A stretch of DNA of 63,989 nt from Carcharhinus longimanus (taxonomy: Eukaryota), in the NCBI GenBank assembly GCA_030264375.1, contig JASCQW010000032.1, forward strand, positions 56,405,687-56,469,675, given 5' to 3'. Under the pieces are notes generated by a model that saw only the letters and a program-made list of their open reading frames with translations, did no database searches and was not told the DNA's origin. Shown here piece by piece: positions 49,152 through 61,113 of this stretch. Position 1 is the stretch's first letter. Each line of letters starts with the position of its first letter. A program made the translations under genes and the position numbers.

Positions 49152-50572
49152 GTTAGTAGAAATAAAACCAAAACGCAATAGGTAATTAAACGCAATTGAG
49201 ACATTAGCGCTGTTGCTGGTAATCTTTTTAAATTTTGGAAGTTTGTCAGTCGCTTATGTAATGAAAACTCAAGTGCTTATTTAGTCTTGTTGTCACACAT
49301 TTTGTATGCAAAAGTTACCTTTCAGGACTCCCCTTTTATTTGATTTAGTGGTGAAGAAATGAGAAAGGAATGCACTCTACGTGAGGTGGTACCAATTCTG
49401 GCTGTTTACAATTATACTATGGAATTGTAAAAGCTCTGAGATGATACCTTGATAAGAATATTCAATAAGGATGCCAACAAAACCTCAACCCCTTCAGTTT
49501 AACTCCCCATCAAGAAATAATCAGGGGTTTGCCATTTAGTTTATGCATGGGAATTAATGGTGCCAAAATTCAATACACCAAGCAACATTACATAAATCAG
49601 TTCAGAGTGCTTTAGTGCTCTCCATTATTCCCATCAAGAATGCACACGCTAGTAAATGAACAAATTAACTCTTTCAAACTGATAACTTTGTATCTGTCTT
49701 CACTGAGGAAAATACAAATCTCCCACAATTAGACATCCAAGAAACTAAGGGGAATGAGGAATTGATGGAAATTAATATTAGTAAGAAAATTGTATTGGAG
49801 AATTAATGGAACAGAAGATTGATAAGACCCCAGGACCTGATATTCTACATCTCAAAGTATTGAAAAAGATAGTGGATACATTGGTGATCATCTTCCAAAA
49901 TTCTATTGATTCTGTAACTGTTAAGATTGGAAAATGTCAACCACTATTTAAGAAGGGAGGGAGAGAGAATACAGGGAGCCACAGACCTGCTAGCCTTACA
50001 TCAGTAGTAGGAGAAATGTAGAATCTATTCTAAAGGATCTGATAAATTGACACTTAGTAATCTGATTGGGCATAGTCAACATGGATTTCTGAATAGGAAA
50101 TCATATTTGATGGAGTTTTTTGAGGATCTTACTAACAGCAGTGATTAAGGAGAGTTGGTGGGCATAGTATACTTGGATTATACTTTGATTTCCTGAAGGC
50201 TTTTGATATTGTCCCTCACAAGAGGTGGCAGATTAGCAAAATTAAGGCACTTGGGAAAGGATTGGTTATCAGGCAGATAAAGTTCACAAAGCTAAGTGGG
50301 AATGTGTGTTGTGAGGAAGATGCAAAGCGGCTTCAAGGGGATTTTGGACAGATTTTAATGAATGGGCAAGACCATGGCAGATGGAATATAATGTGGAAAA
50401 ATGTGAGATTATCCATTTTGGTAGGAGGAACAGATGTGCAGAGATTTTCTTAAATGTTAAAAGATTAGAAAGTGTAGATGTAGAAAGGGCCCTGATAGTC
50501 CTTGTCAATAAGGCACTCAAAGCTAATATACAAGTACAGCAAAAATTACCAAAGGATATGTTAGCCTTCATT

Positions 50573-50726
50573 GAATCATAGAATCACTACAGTGCAGAAA
50601 GAGGCCATTCAACCCATCAAGCCTGCACTGACAACAATCCCACCTTGGCCTTAGCCCTGTAACCCCACATCCCCCTGACACCAAGGGGCAATTTATCATA
50701 GCCAATAAACTAACCTGCACGTTTTT
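50573..50726 (-). mobile_element. HE1-like SINE 3' fragment (CR1/HER1-type tail)
   Basis: gaatcatagaatcactacagtgcagaaagaggccattc..aaggggcaattta..taacctgcac. Confidence 0.7.
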
Positions 50727-51138
50727 GCAATTGAGATGAAGAATTTGTTTTTTATTCAAAGGGTTATTAATCTTTGAAATTCTCTGCTTCCGAGAGCTGT
50801 GGAAGCTCAGTCATTGAGTACATTTATGCCAAGGGGATTTGAGATCAGAAGTAGCAGAGTCTTACTTCAATTTTACAGAACCTAGGTTAGATGCTTGGAG
50901 TACTGTGTGCAGTTTAGCCTTCTAATCTTGGGAATGATATTAATGCCTTCATAGGAGTGCAACCAAGGTTCACTAAACTTGTTCCCAGGATGGGCGGACT
51001 GTCCTGTGGAGAGAGATTAGGCAAATTGGGCCTATGTTCTCTAGAGTTTTGAAGAATGAGAGGTGATCTCATTCAAACCTACCAAATACTTGACAGGGTA
51101 ATTGCAGGTAAGATATTTCCCTGGTTGGGGAATCTAGA

Positions 51139-51427
51139 TGTGGAGATGCTGGCGTTGGACTGGGGTAAACACAGTAAGAAGTCTCACAACACCAGGTTAA
51201 AGTCCAACNNNNNNNNNNNNNNNNNNNNNNNNNNNNNNNNNNNNNNNNNNNNNNNNNNNNNNNNNNNNNNNNNNNNNNNNNNNNNNNNNNNNNNNNNNNN
51301 NNNNNNNNCGTCAGGTGTGTGGAACTTTACACACACCTGACGAAGGAACAGTGTTTCCGAAAGCTTATGGGTTTACTGTCAAATAAACTGGTTGGACTTT
51401 AACCTGGTGTTGTGAGACTTGTTACTG
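51139..51427. mobile_element. Palindromic Penelope-type terminal repeat insertion with apparent TSD
   Basis: 36/37 outer arms, 13/13 inner arms, GG(G/A)AATCTAGA on both flanks. Confidence 0.8.
51331..51372 (+). ncRNA. Minimal type I hammerhead-ribozyme-like motif
   Basis: CTGACGA (51337-51343), stem II GGAAC-AGT-GTTTCC, GAAA (51359-51362), palindromic AAGCTT; stem I imperfect. Confidence 0.55.
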
Positions 51428-52346
51428 GGAAATCTAGACCAGGGGACACAATTTCAAAATAAGGGGGAAGCCACTTAAGATTGATTTGAAGAATTTGTTT
51501 TTTACTCAAAGCGTTGTGAATCTTTGAAATTCTCTACTCCAGAGGGCTGTGGAAGCTCAGTCATTGAGTATATTTAAAGCAGAGATTGACAGATTTCTAA
51601 ATACCAATGACACAAAGGGACATGGGGATAGTGTGGAAAAAGACATTGAAGTGGGTGATCAGCGATGGTTGTGTGGTTGCGTTGAATGATGGAGCAGGCT
51701 CAATGGACTGAATGACCTACTCCTGCTCCTATGTTCGTATATTCTTGCCAATTATGAAAGAATTCAGACAACAAAGCAATGAGCTAAGAATCATTTGTTA
51801 ACCGTAAAGTTATGATGCATTAGAGATGCATTTTTCAAATTTCCAGGCACCGATTTGTACGTATTAGAACTTTGTGCACTAAGGTTACTGAAAGAACTCA
51901 AATTAAGCAAAAATATAGGACAGAATACTGAAGATTGAGAATATTAGTCTCAAAACCATGAACTTAATTTTGCAAGGAAACATCCTGAATTAACTGACCA
52001 ACCAAGACAGTTAGCAATTTCTCCTGCATAGTATAAAAATGTAGTAAGGCACATATAAGACAATAGCTTGATGTCAGATGTCAAAATCATCTTAAGCATT
52101 AGTGTCCTTGTGATTTTTGTGGGTTTACACTAGGTAAAAGATAGAAGATCCCTGCAATCAGAGATGATGCCCTGCAATGGCTTGTAGCCTCATTATTCTG
52201 CAGAAATAAATCTAAGTTTTGTTAATATTGGAAAAGATTGTTGGTAAATATATTTTGTAATTTTTGAAAACAAATTTTATCCATTGTTATTTTGGCAAAT
52301 TCTGTGTAATATTGATCTAATTAGTTATATTGATGTGTTGTTGTAG

Positions 52347-52469
<123 letters not shown>

Positions 52470-53381
52470 TAAGTAGGCTATCTTACAACATGCAGCAAAA
52501 TATTTGGATTAGTAACTTAAAGCTTGTCAGTATTTAGCTATTCTGCAAACAGAATAATAAAAAATATAATTTTTCGAACCAGCTAATATGTGAGATTCAC
52601 CAAGGGAAATGGGAATAACAAGCAACTTATTTGAAGAAGCTCTGCATTTCATTTCACAATTGAGCAGTATATGCACTACAGACTATTAATAATTTGGGTC
52701 TGCCAATGATATTTAATCTGATACAGTGGAGCCTGCTGTTCCAATAAATGGTTTAACACCATCTTCTTGCCTTTATTTAAAGGATTAGTAGCAGGTTTGG
52801 AAGTATAACAATGAGACTCCCTTCTGTTATGGACCAGTGTCTGAGACAAGGGAACTCATTTGACCTCTCATAAGGCAAGGTAGCACTTGATTTGTTAGAT
52901 AAACTGCTTTATTCCACAGTTGGCCATACAATCTTTTAGTATGATAAAGAAACCTTTAGTGCAACCAGTATAATTTCTGTTCATGTCCTGTTACACAGAT
53001 AAAGAGCATAGAAATGCTAGACCATTGTAGGGGGCTTTTATTGTAAGATCACAAATTTGCCCTGTCTAGTTTGTCCACTTTCAGCCTCTTGCTACCTGAT
53101 TGATTGACTTTCTNNNNNNNNNNNNNNNNNNNNNNNNNNNNNNNNNNNNNNNNNNNNNNNNNNNNNNNNNNNNNNNNNNNNNNNNNNNNNNNNNNNNNNN
53201 NNNNNNNNNNNNNNNNNNNNNNNNNNNNNNNNNNNNNNNNNNNNNNNNNNNNNNNNNNNNNNNNNNNNNNNNNNNNNNNNNNNNNNNNNNNNNNNNNNNN
53301 NNNTGTCCAATTATTTTGAATGAGAAAATAGCTATTAAATCTCAAACTGTGATAACATTGATACAGTTCATTTTTGTTTAG

Positions 53382-53532
53382 ATAATTTCATGACATTAGC
53401 ACGTTTGATCGATTTGTTGAGACGAGCTGGAAAATTGGAAGAAGTTCACAGATTCCTTGACATGGCTGAAAAACACACTTCAAGACCAGCTTCTGAGCCT
53501 GGTTTTAACTATTGCAAAGGATTGTACCTCTG
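53382..53532 (+). CDS. TTC21B: TTC21B exon 23 (151 nt)
   Basis: gtttag|AT...CTG|gtaagt; (D)[49 protein letters not shown]. Confidence 0.95.
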
Positions 53533-54020
53533 GTAAGTTGTCCTGCAGTTATGACAATTATAAAAATATAATTAAGTGTTACTGGTTCAGTGAACTAATA
53601 TACCACATTAAGCCAGGAAGATCCCAAATTTTACCTGACCTGTGCTCAGTTAAGGAAGCAGTAAGAACTTCATTTTCCTGAGTGGAAGATGAAAAACTTC
53701 AGATACTAGTCCTCATTTTATGCATCTGAGCACAGTAAATATTTAGTTATGATTACCTCCTTAGTAAAATAGAAAAACGTAGGAATAAAAACCTAATTGT
53801 AGGACTGCTGTTGTGGAATTAACTCCAGGTTCATTTCAGCTTTCAGGAGTGAAGGAGTTATTGGAGGGGGGATGGGATGGCACAGATTTCCATTACCCTT
53901 TCAGTGAAAAATTGTCACCTCTTCTTCTTGTCTCCTCATTTTCTATCGAATAGACAAGCAATACTTTTAAGATTCTAGCTCTTTCTTCTGGATTTTCTAA
54001 ACAGAGGAAATAGTTTCTCT

Positions 54021-56640
54021 GGGTAGGCATTTTACACTTGATGAGGGTGCATGTGGAGGTGTGTGATGTGAAAATTAGCGCTGCTGGCTATCATGTCAGT
54101 TTGATGTTACTCTTCTGATTGCCAAAGATGTTGCTCAGAAGGGAGGAAGGCTGAAAGCTGCCAGATTTGAGTAATAGGCCAGTTGATCTTGCTAACAGCC
54201 TTGTTTTCAGCCTGTCAAAGGCCAGTTTGGAATTTTGGTGTGGATATCTATGTGAATGATGGACCAGAAATAGCTCAGGTGGAAGAGGGGGCAACACAGT
54301 GGGGAACCAATCATAGTTGATCCACACAGTTGTTTGGGTCCATAAGAGGGTGAATGGCTAAGAGGGGCATGGTGGTTCCATCAGGTGAGCAGAATTAGCG
54401 GAAAAGATGATCTGTGTGAGCTCAGTCAGTTGAGAGTGTTGTGACCCTCTGGAAAAGAGGTGGGTTTGTAAGCATTATGAGTCAGCTGAATGCAATAAGG
54501 CAATAGACATTGATTGAGGTAGTGGGAGTTAGAGTACAGTAGCACTGACGACCACCATCCACAGAGCATATGCAGAGCCCTGGGCATGAGCAGAGGAGAG
54601 GAATGAGGGGTAGGGATGTAACAGAGGTCATATCCTCAACATTAGCTGTACCCTGAAGATCAGTCCAACAGGAGACTGCACTCATCTAGGCACATAGTCA
54701 CTAAGAATTATGCCTCCCTTGAAGACTTCAGATCTTGGAGTACTGCTTGCCATGCCAGCCAGTCACTGTTATCCTGAACACCTTCACCTCTGACTCTTTC
54801 CAATGATTAATAGTGGACCTTGGTGATGTCTCATAAGTATTTGCATTACATTGCATAACACCTCACAAGTTATTGATACCCTATTTGTGAAACCAGGGAA
54901 GTACATAGAATTTCAAATAAATGGTGCCTCACAGGTACATAGCACAATAGTATTCACATCCATTGCTGGATTCCCGCAGGTGCAGGGCATCATCAATTAC
55001 AACCCAGTGGCTAACAAGGTGCTGAGTGTTCTGAGTTGAATAAGCAGTGAGATTAATTAACAGGGAGGACTTCCATTCTATCAACGTTCAGCTGGTCTGC
55101 AATAACAAGAGCTTCATGCCTAAGTACACTAGCCCGACATTACCTTCATCTGACTGTCTCTATACCACATTTCTTCATGACATCAACAAAACTTTGTGAA
55201 TGGATTCTAGGGGGCAAGGACAACCAGATCTGTTTGTCAAAGAACTTCCATTGAAAACAAAACTTTAATTAGATCAACTCATACCCCAAATGCATGGTTT
55301 TCATCTGTCCACCAGTCTCACCATCCCCATTCAAAGACCATTGCTTCCCTTCACCACCACTTCTTTCTTATCAGTTTTTTTCCATTAAAGAATGGAAGTT
55401 CACATGTTTAGGGTGTCATTTTTTACAGTGTTAGTAAAAATAAAAAAATGCACATGAACAAATGAAATAAATCCAAGTAAACCGCTCGGTGTTCTGATGG
55501 ATAGGATGGCCTCCATGCTCTGCTACTCTATTCACAACTCCCCTTGTGGCCACTGATTAGGTGGAGGCAGCTTGCTCACATGTGCCTTTTTTGACTAGGG
55601 TGCCTTTTGCAGTTATCCTTGTTGTTGAGCTGCTTGAAGGCCATTACATTGGCTTAAATGCAGGGATAATTTTAGTCACTGGGCCTTGCNNNNNNNNNNN
55701 NNNNNNNNNNNNNNNNNNNNNNNNNNNNNNNNNNNNNNNNNNNNNNNNNNNNNNNNNNNNNNNNNNNNNNNNNNNNNNNNNNNNNNNNNNNNNNNNNNNN
55801 NNNNNNNNNNNNNNNNNNNNNNNNNNNNNNNNNNNNNNNNNNNNNNNNNNNNNNNNNNNNNNNNNNNNNNNNNNNNNNNNNNNNNNNNNNNNNNNNNNNN
55901 NNNNNNNNNNNNNNNNNNNNNNNNNNNNNNNNNNNNNNNNNNNNNNNNNNNNNNNNNNNNNNNNNNNNNNNNNNNNNNNNNNNNNNNNNNNNNNNNNNNN
56001 NNNNNNNNNNNNNNNNNNNNNNNNNNNNNNNNNNNNNNNNNNNNNNNNNNNNNNNNNNNNNNNNNNNNNNNNNNNNNNNNNNNNNNNNNNNNNNNNNNNN
56101 NNNNNNNNNNNNNNNNNNNNNNNNNNNNNNNNNNNNNNNNNNNNNNNNNNNNNNNNNNNNNNNNNNNNNNNNNNNNNNNNNNNNNNNNNNNNNNNNNNNN
56201 NNNNNNNNNNNNNNNNNNNNNNNNNNNNNNNNNNNNNNNNNNNNNNNNNNNNNNNNNNNNNNNNNNNGAAAGGCCAATGATGGTAATGGCATGCTTTGAG
56301 GGGTGACACCTCATTGGCAACTTCTTCACCTTTGGATGGGGCTCTGTACCAGTGGAGGGGACCTTGATCTGGGGCACAACTGATATTGACTCTAAGCATC
56401 TCTGTGCCATTAGTGCCAACCCATCCATGCCATAGAGTGTGTCATTCATTCTCTGCATGTCAGTATGCTGTTCCTGCATCCACTTTGAGTGCTGCCACAT
56501 ATCTCTGTGCAATTAGTCACTCTCTCGGTGCACTCAGAGCCGTGGTGGTATGAATGAGCTAAATGGACTCCCTCATTCTAAGCCCATAATCTCCATGTTG
56601 CCTCAGGGAACTCTGACATGTGGACAGAATAGCCATACAT
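54021..56640. mobile_element. Decayed PIF/Harbinger transposon in intron 23
   Basis: + strand VIDTLF..YIEF..IAGFPQVQGII (54870-54995) and FHSINVQLVCN (55071); TIR-like GGGTAGGCATTTTAC at 54021; possible second ORF on - strand near 56270-56640; right end unresolved. Confidence 0.75.
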
Positions 56641-56703
56641 AGGTTGGTAACAGAAATATTTTGTCACAAAGAAGTGATGTTTGTTGTGATTAATTTTCTC
56701 CAG

Positions 56704-56865
56704 GTACACTGGGGAGCCAAATGATGCACTCCGACACTTCAATAAGGCTCGCAAGGACGGTGACTGGGGGCAAAATGCAATTTATAATATGATTGAGATT
56801 TGCATGAATCCAGATAATGATACTATAGGAGGTGAAGTGTTTGAGAACCTGGATGGAGATGTGCG
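56704..56865 (+). CDS. TTC21B: TTC21B exon 24 (162 nt)
   Basis: ctccag|G...GCG|gtgaga; (W)[53 protein letters not shown]. Confidence 0.95.
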
Positions 56866-57399
56866 GTGAGAGCATATTGCTGCTAAATATTTGTCTTATG
56901 TGTTTGTATGATAGGGATAAGACTAAATTTTAATTTTCTCTAAATTGCATATTCAGTTTTATTTTATCATCATTATTGATTCTTTGTCATCTGTCGATTT
57001 TTGTATCACATCTTTTGCTTTATCATGTTTACTCCTGTTCTAAGACTAAAGCCTTTAACAGAATGAAATTAACTTTTCCTAGGTTCAATTTGGGCGTGTG
57101 GGGAAAATATTGTAGTTTTACTCAGTTTTCCCTTGCACTAACTTTTTGCAGCATAGGATTTAGAGGGCTAAGTCACTGGTAACCTGTGCTGGCAGATTAC
57201 TGGCTGACCATTGTAACTTATCAGGATTCACTATGTTTGGACACTTTGCACAATTGTTGCAATTGCATGCAAAGCTATCTTGTATTTGTTTCTGAATACA
57301 GTGTAACTTCATAATAGGAAATGCGAATACTTGGTCAGTACTGATCTAAATCAAATAAAAACTTTGGGTGATTTTGTTACATGCTTCTATTGCCCATAG

Positions 57400-57595
57400 A
57401 AACTCAACTGAAAAACAAGAGTCAGAGCAGTTGGCCGTGATGACAGCAGAGAAACTTCTGAAAGAACTAAAACCTCAGACTATTCAAGGCCATGTTCAGT
57501 TGCGCATAATGGAAAGCTGCTGCCTCATGGCAACAAAGCATAAAGCAAATGTGGAACGAGCTCTCAGTGTCTTCACTGAAATAGCAACAGCTGAG
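57400..57595 (+). CDS. TTC21B: TTC21B exon 25 (196 nt)
   Basis: ccatag|A...GAG|gttagt; (R)[26 protein letters not shown]...FTEIATAE. Confidence 0.95.
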
Positions 57596-58177
57596 GTTAG
57601 TCTTATATAAATCACAATTATGGATGGGAGAAGCTTTCCAGCTCATCTGAATTAATTGAATCAGGATCTTTACCTTCATTACTTTGTTACTGTCCTGTAA
57701 GTCCAGTCTGTGCATTGACCACATTTTGTGTGAAGTACTTCATATTATTCCTAAATTAAATTTACATGGCTTGCAGCTTCATTGTCAGTCAGGTTTTGGC
57801 CTTTTACTGTTGGTGGTCAGGCCTGAATCAGCAGCTTAGATAGCATCTGTGGAGAGGAACAGGATTAATACTTCAAGTCAATAAATTTCATCAGAGATGT
57901 TCTGGCTCGGGTGCTGGGTTATGCTGAACACTGGCATGNNNNNNNNNNNNNNNNNNNNNNNNNNNNNNNNNNNNNNNNNNNNNNNNNNNNNNNNNNNNNN
58001 NNNNNNNNNNNNNNNNNNNNNNNNNNNNNNNNNNNNNNNNNNNNNNNNNNNNNNNNNNNNNNNNNNNNNNNNNNNNNNNNNNNNNNNNNNNNNNNNNNNN
58101 NNNNNNNNNNNNNNNNNNNNNNNNNNNNNNNNNNNNNNNNNNNNNNNNNNNNNNNNNNNNNNNNNNNNNNNNNNNNN

Positions 58178-58655
58178 ATACATTCAATGTTTTGGCATCA
58201 ACTACTTCCTGTGGTAATGAATTCCACAGGCTCACCATTCTTTGGGTGAAGAAAAGTCTTCTCATCTCCATCCTCAATGGTCTACCCCAAATCCTCAGAT
58301 TGTGACCCCTGGTTCTGGACTCCCCACCATCCGGAACATCCTCCCTGCATCTACTCTGCCTAGCCCTGTTAGAATTTTATAAGTCACTGTGAGATCCCCC
58401 CCTCATCCATCTGAACTCCAGCGAAAACAATCCTAACCTAGTCAACCTCTCCTCACACATCAATCTCGCTATCCCTGGAGTCAGCCTGGTAAACCTTCAC
58501 TGTGCTCCCTCGAGAGCAAAACATCCTTCCTCAGAAAAGGAGACCAAAACTGCACAAAATACTCTAGGTATGGCCTCATCAAGGCCCTGTATAATTGCAA
58601 CAACACATCCCTGCTCCTGTACTCAAAACCTCTCACAATGAAGGCCAAAGGTTTA
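58178..58655 (-). mobile_element. CR1 LINE 3' part
   Basis: LAFIVRGFEYRSRDVLLQLYRALMRPYLEYFVQFWSP; FFTQRMVSLWNSLP. Confidence 0.9.
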
Positions 58656-59250
58656 CCATTCAATGGAGATCACAGGTCAGAGATCAGCCGTAGTCTCATT
58701 GAATGGTTAAGTGGTTTATTCCTGTTCCTATGTCCCTTCCCATTGTTAATGGGAGTTCAGTTAATTTCTTTACACTTTGATGATTTACCTTGATTTCCCC
58801 AAAGCTGAAATCATATCTTTTGTATAGAGTTTTGTAAAATGCTTTTTAGAAGATTATGTCATAGGTTATTCCACAGTCTACTTGGGTTGTTGTTTTCTCA
58901 GGATGTCAAGGACTTCGGTCCATAAGAATCTTCTTTTCCTGAATCTGTGTTCACTTTATTTGATGCATTGCTCCTCTTATAAATTGGAGCAGCTTGCCCT
59001 TGAAAGCCCACAGCTCACCTGCCCTAATTTTTAAAAAATTATCAAATGTCCAAGGAAGCAAATTCTGAATTATAATCTGAGNNNNNNNNNNNNNNNNNNN
59101 NNNNNNNNNNNNNNNNNNNNNNNNNNNNNNNNNNNNNNNNNNNNNNNNNNNNNNNNNNNNNCAGTAATATCATGCAAGACATTAATTAGAACTGCAATAT
59201 ATTTATGTGAACTAATATTTGGCACCCACTTATTCTTGATTTTAATGCAG

Positions 59251-59475
59251 AAGGACCACATTCCCGCACTATTTGGAATGGCCACAGCATACATGATTTT
59301 AAAGCAAACACCTCGTGCAAGAAATCAGCTAAAACGCATTGCAAAATTAAACTGGAATGCAGTTGATGCAGAAGAGTTGGAAAAAAGTTGGTTGCTTCTA
59401 GCTGATGTTTATATTCAGTCTGGAAAATTTGATATGGCAGTTGAACTTCTTAAACGGTGTCTACGGCACAATAAG
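59251..59475 (+). CDS. TTC21B: TTC21B exon 26 (225 nt)
   Basis: atgcag|AAG...AAG|gtaaaa; [30 protein letters not shown]...[10 protein letters not shown]. Confidence 0.95.
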
Positions 59476-60168
59476 GTAAAAACAGTTAATGATTCCTATA
59501 TTGTGAGCTACTTAGAAATTGATAATGAACATAGACATGCATTACAGTTTGTGTTTACAGTCATTTTTTGAAGCATAATGCAGCAAAACATAGTTTGAGC
59601 AAGTTAAACATTGGTGTTAGAACTCAAAAGTGGCACTGGAGGAATATTTTGTCTTTACTGCATGAATAGGAATCTGGCAGCATCTGTTATAGAAACTGCC
59701 TGAAATCAGTGGAACCAATGAAAATCAGCCAGGCTTATAACAGGCAAACAATCCTCTCCATCTGCCTCACCACTCATGTGGTGAGTATGCTGTGACGGAC
59801 AGGAGAGGGATGTGGGATCATTTTCCCTATTTCCCACCTCTCCACTAAGTGCAGCAAAATGTAGTTTTGAGAAGAAGCATTTCGACCCCAAGAATGGTGT
59901 GACTTTTAAGAATAGACAAAAAACAGATATTCTGATAAGTTTAAGTTAAAATAAAAGATAAATGTTTATTTTTCACAACACCCAAACAACAACAAACAGC
60001 CACCCGCACACACAAGATGATTTCTAAAGATGTACCACGCTCATTTACTTAATGTCAAAAAAAACAAGGTCACTTCAAGAAATGGTAGTTGAAATGCTGC
60101 AGGCCTAGAAAAATTTGTGTAATTGGTTCATGGCTCTTCAATCTATTAACAGATGTTTGTTTTCTTAG

Positions 60169-60289
60169 TCCTGTTGCAAGGCTTATGAATATATGGGATA
60201 TATTATGGAAAAAGAGCAATCTTATAAGGATGCAGCCACTAATTATGAAATGGCTTGGAAGTATTGCAACCAGACAAATCCAACAATAG
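60169..60289 (+). CDS. TTC21B: TTC21B exon 27 (121 nt)
   Basis: tcttag|TCC...ATAG|gtaaaa; [40 protein letters not shown]. Confidence 0.95.
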
Positions 60290-60393
60290 GTAAAATTATT
60301 GGTACATGCCAATAACAGATATTATCGTAAATTCCTAAATGCAAGGATTTGTAATACCAACTCAGAAAATGAATGACACTTTTTATTTTACAG

Positions 60394-60461
60394 GGTACAA
60401 GCTGGCCTTTAACTATTTGAAGGCAAAACGATATGTTGATGCTATTGACATTTGTCATAAG
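60394..60461 (+). CDS. TTC21B: TTC21B exon 28 (68 nt)
   Basis: ttacag|GG...AAG|gtaata; (G)[22 protein letters not shown]. Confidence 0.95.
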
Positions 60462-60914
60462 GTAATATTTTTAAATTCAGTGTTTGATCTTGCTTTCAAA
60501 ATACAAGTCAGATCAGTTACAATCAGTAATCTTGGGTTTTATCCTTTACATCTACTGATGCACCTACGAGTGACAGCTCTCTGGGGGCTCATCTTCTGTG
60601 AGGAGAAGGTCCTGTCACCTCTTACTGTTGAATGTTCTGCATCTGCGTTTGGCAAGCCAAGTGTTGCTATCACATTCTTCTCTGTCTTCTCTTCTGTCTA
60701 TAAGCAATTAGAGAGAAAGTGAGATTACCAGGTTCCATCTTCTTGACGGTCTCCTCACTGCAGTATTAAACAGAGATGCAATGGTAGCCATTTGTCTGCT
60801 AAGGACCATTCTCATTCAAGTCATCACCTGCGGCTGCCTCTTAAGGTCCCTCTATGCATGCTGTAGAGTCCTGGCCACCACTTGGAAATCCAATGTTTAG
60901 TAAAGTAAAAAACT

Positions 60915-61113
60915 AGAGTTTATTTATTAGTCACAAGTAAGGCTTACATTAACGCTGCAATGAAGTTACTGTGAAATTCCCTAGTTGCCACAGTCCGGCG
61001 CCTGTTCAGGTTGATGCACCTAACCAGCACGTCTTTCAGAATGTGGGAGGAAACTGGAATACCCAGAGGAAACCCAGGCAGACACAGGGAGAATGTGCAA
61101 ACTCCCACACAGA
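60915..61113 (-). mobile_element. V-SINE, 5'-truncated
   Basis: Colinear with 21142-21340. Confidence 0.9.

Larger units (their letters stand above)
49685..51745 (+). mobile_element. Decayed CR1 LINE with nested insertions
   Basis: KTPGPD..PLFKKGGREN..RPASLTSVVG, WQMEYNVEKCEIIHFG, RGDLIQTY; ctcctgctcctatgtt tail. Confidence 0.9.

Noticed and set aside
54851-55105. Domesticated HARBI1-like gene nested in intron 23
   Set aside because: The catalytic IDCTH-type motif is decayed (INYNP) and the frame is broken.
55561-56512. Long ORFs of 200-278 aa (likewise at 33521, 53049, 57878)
   Set aside because: They are artefacts of translating through N runs.
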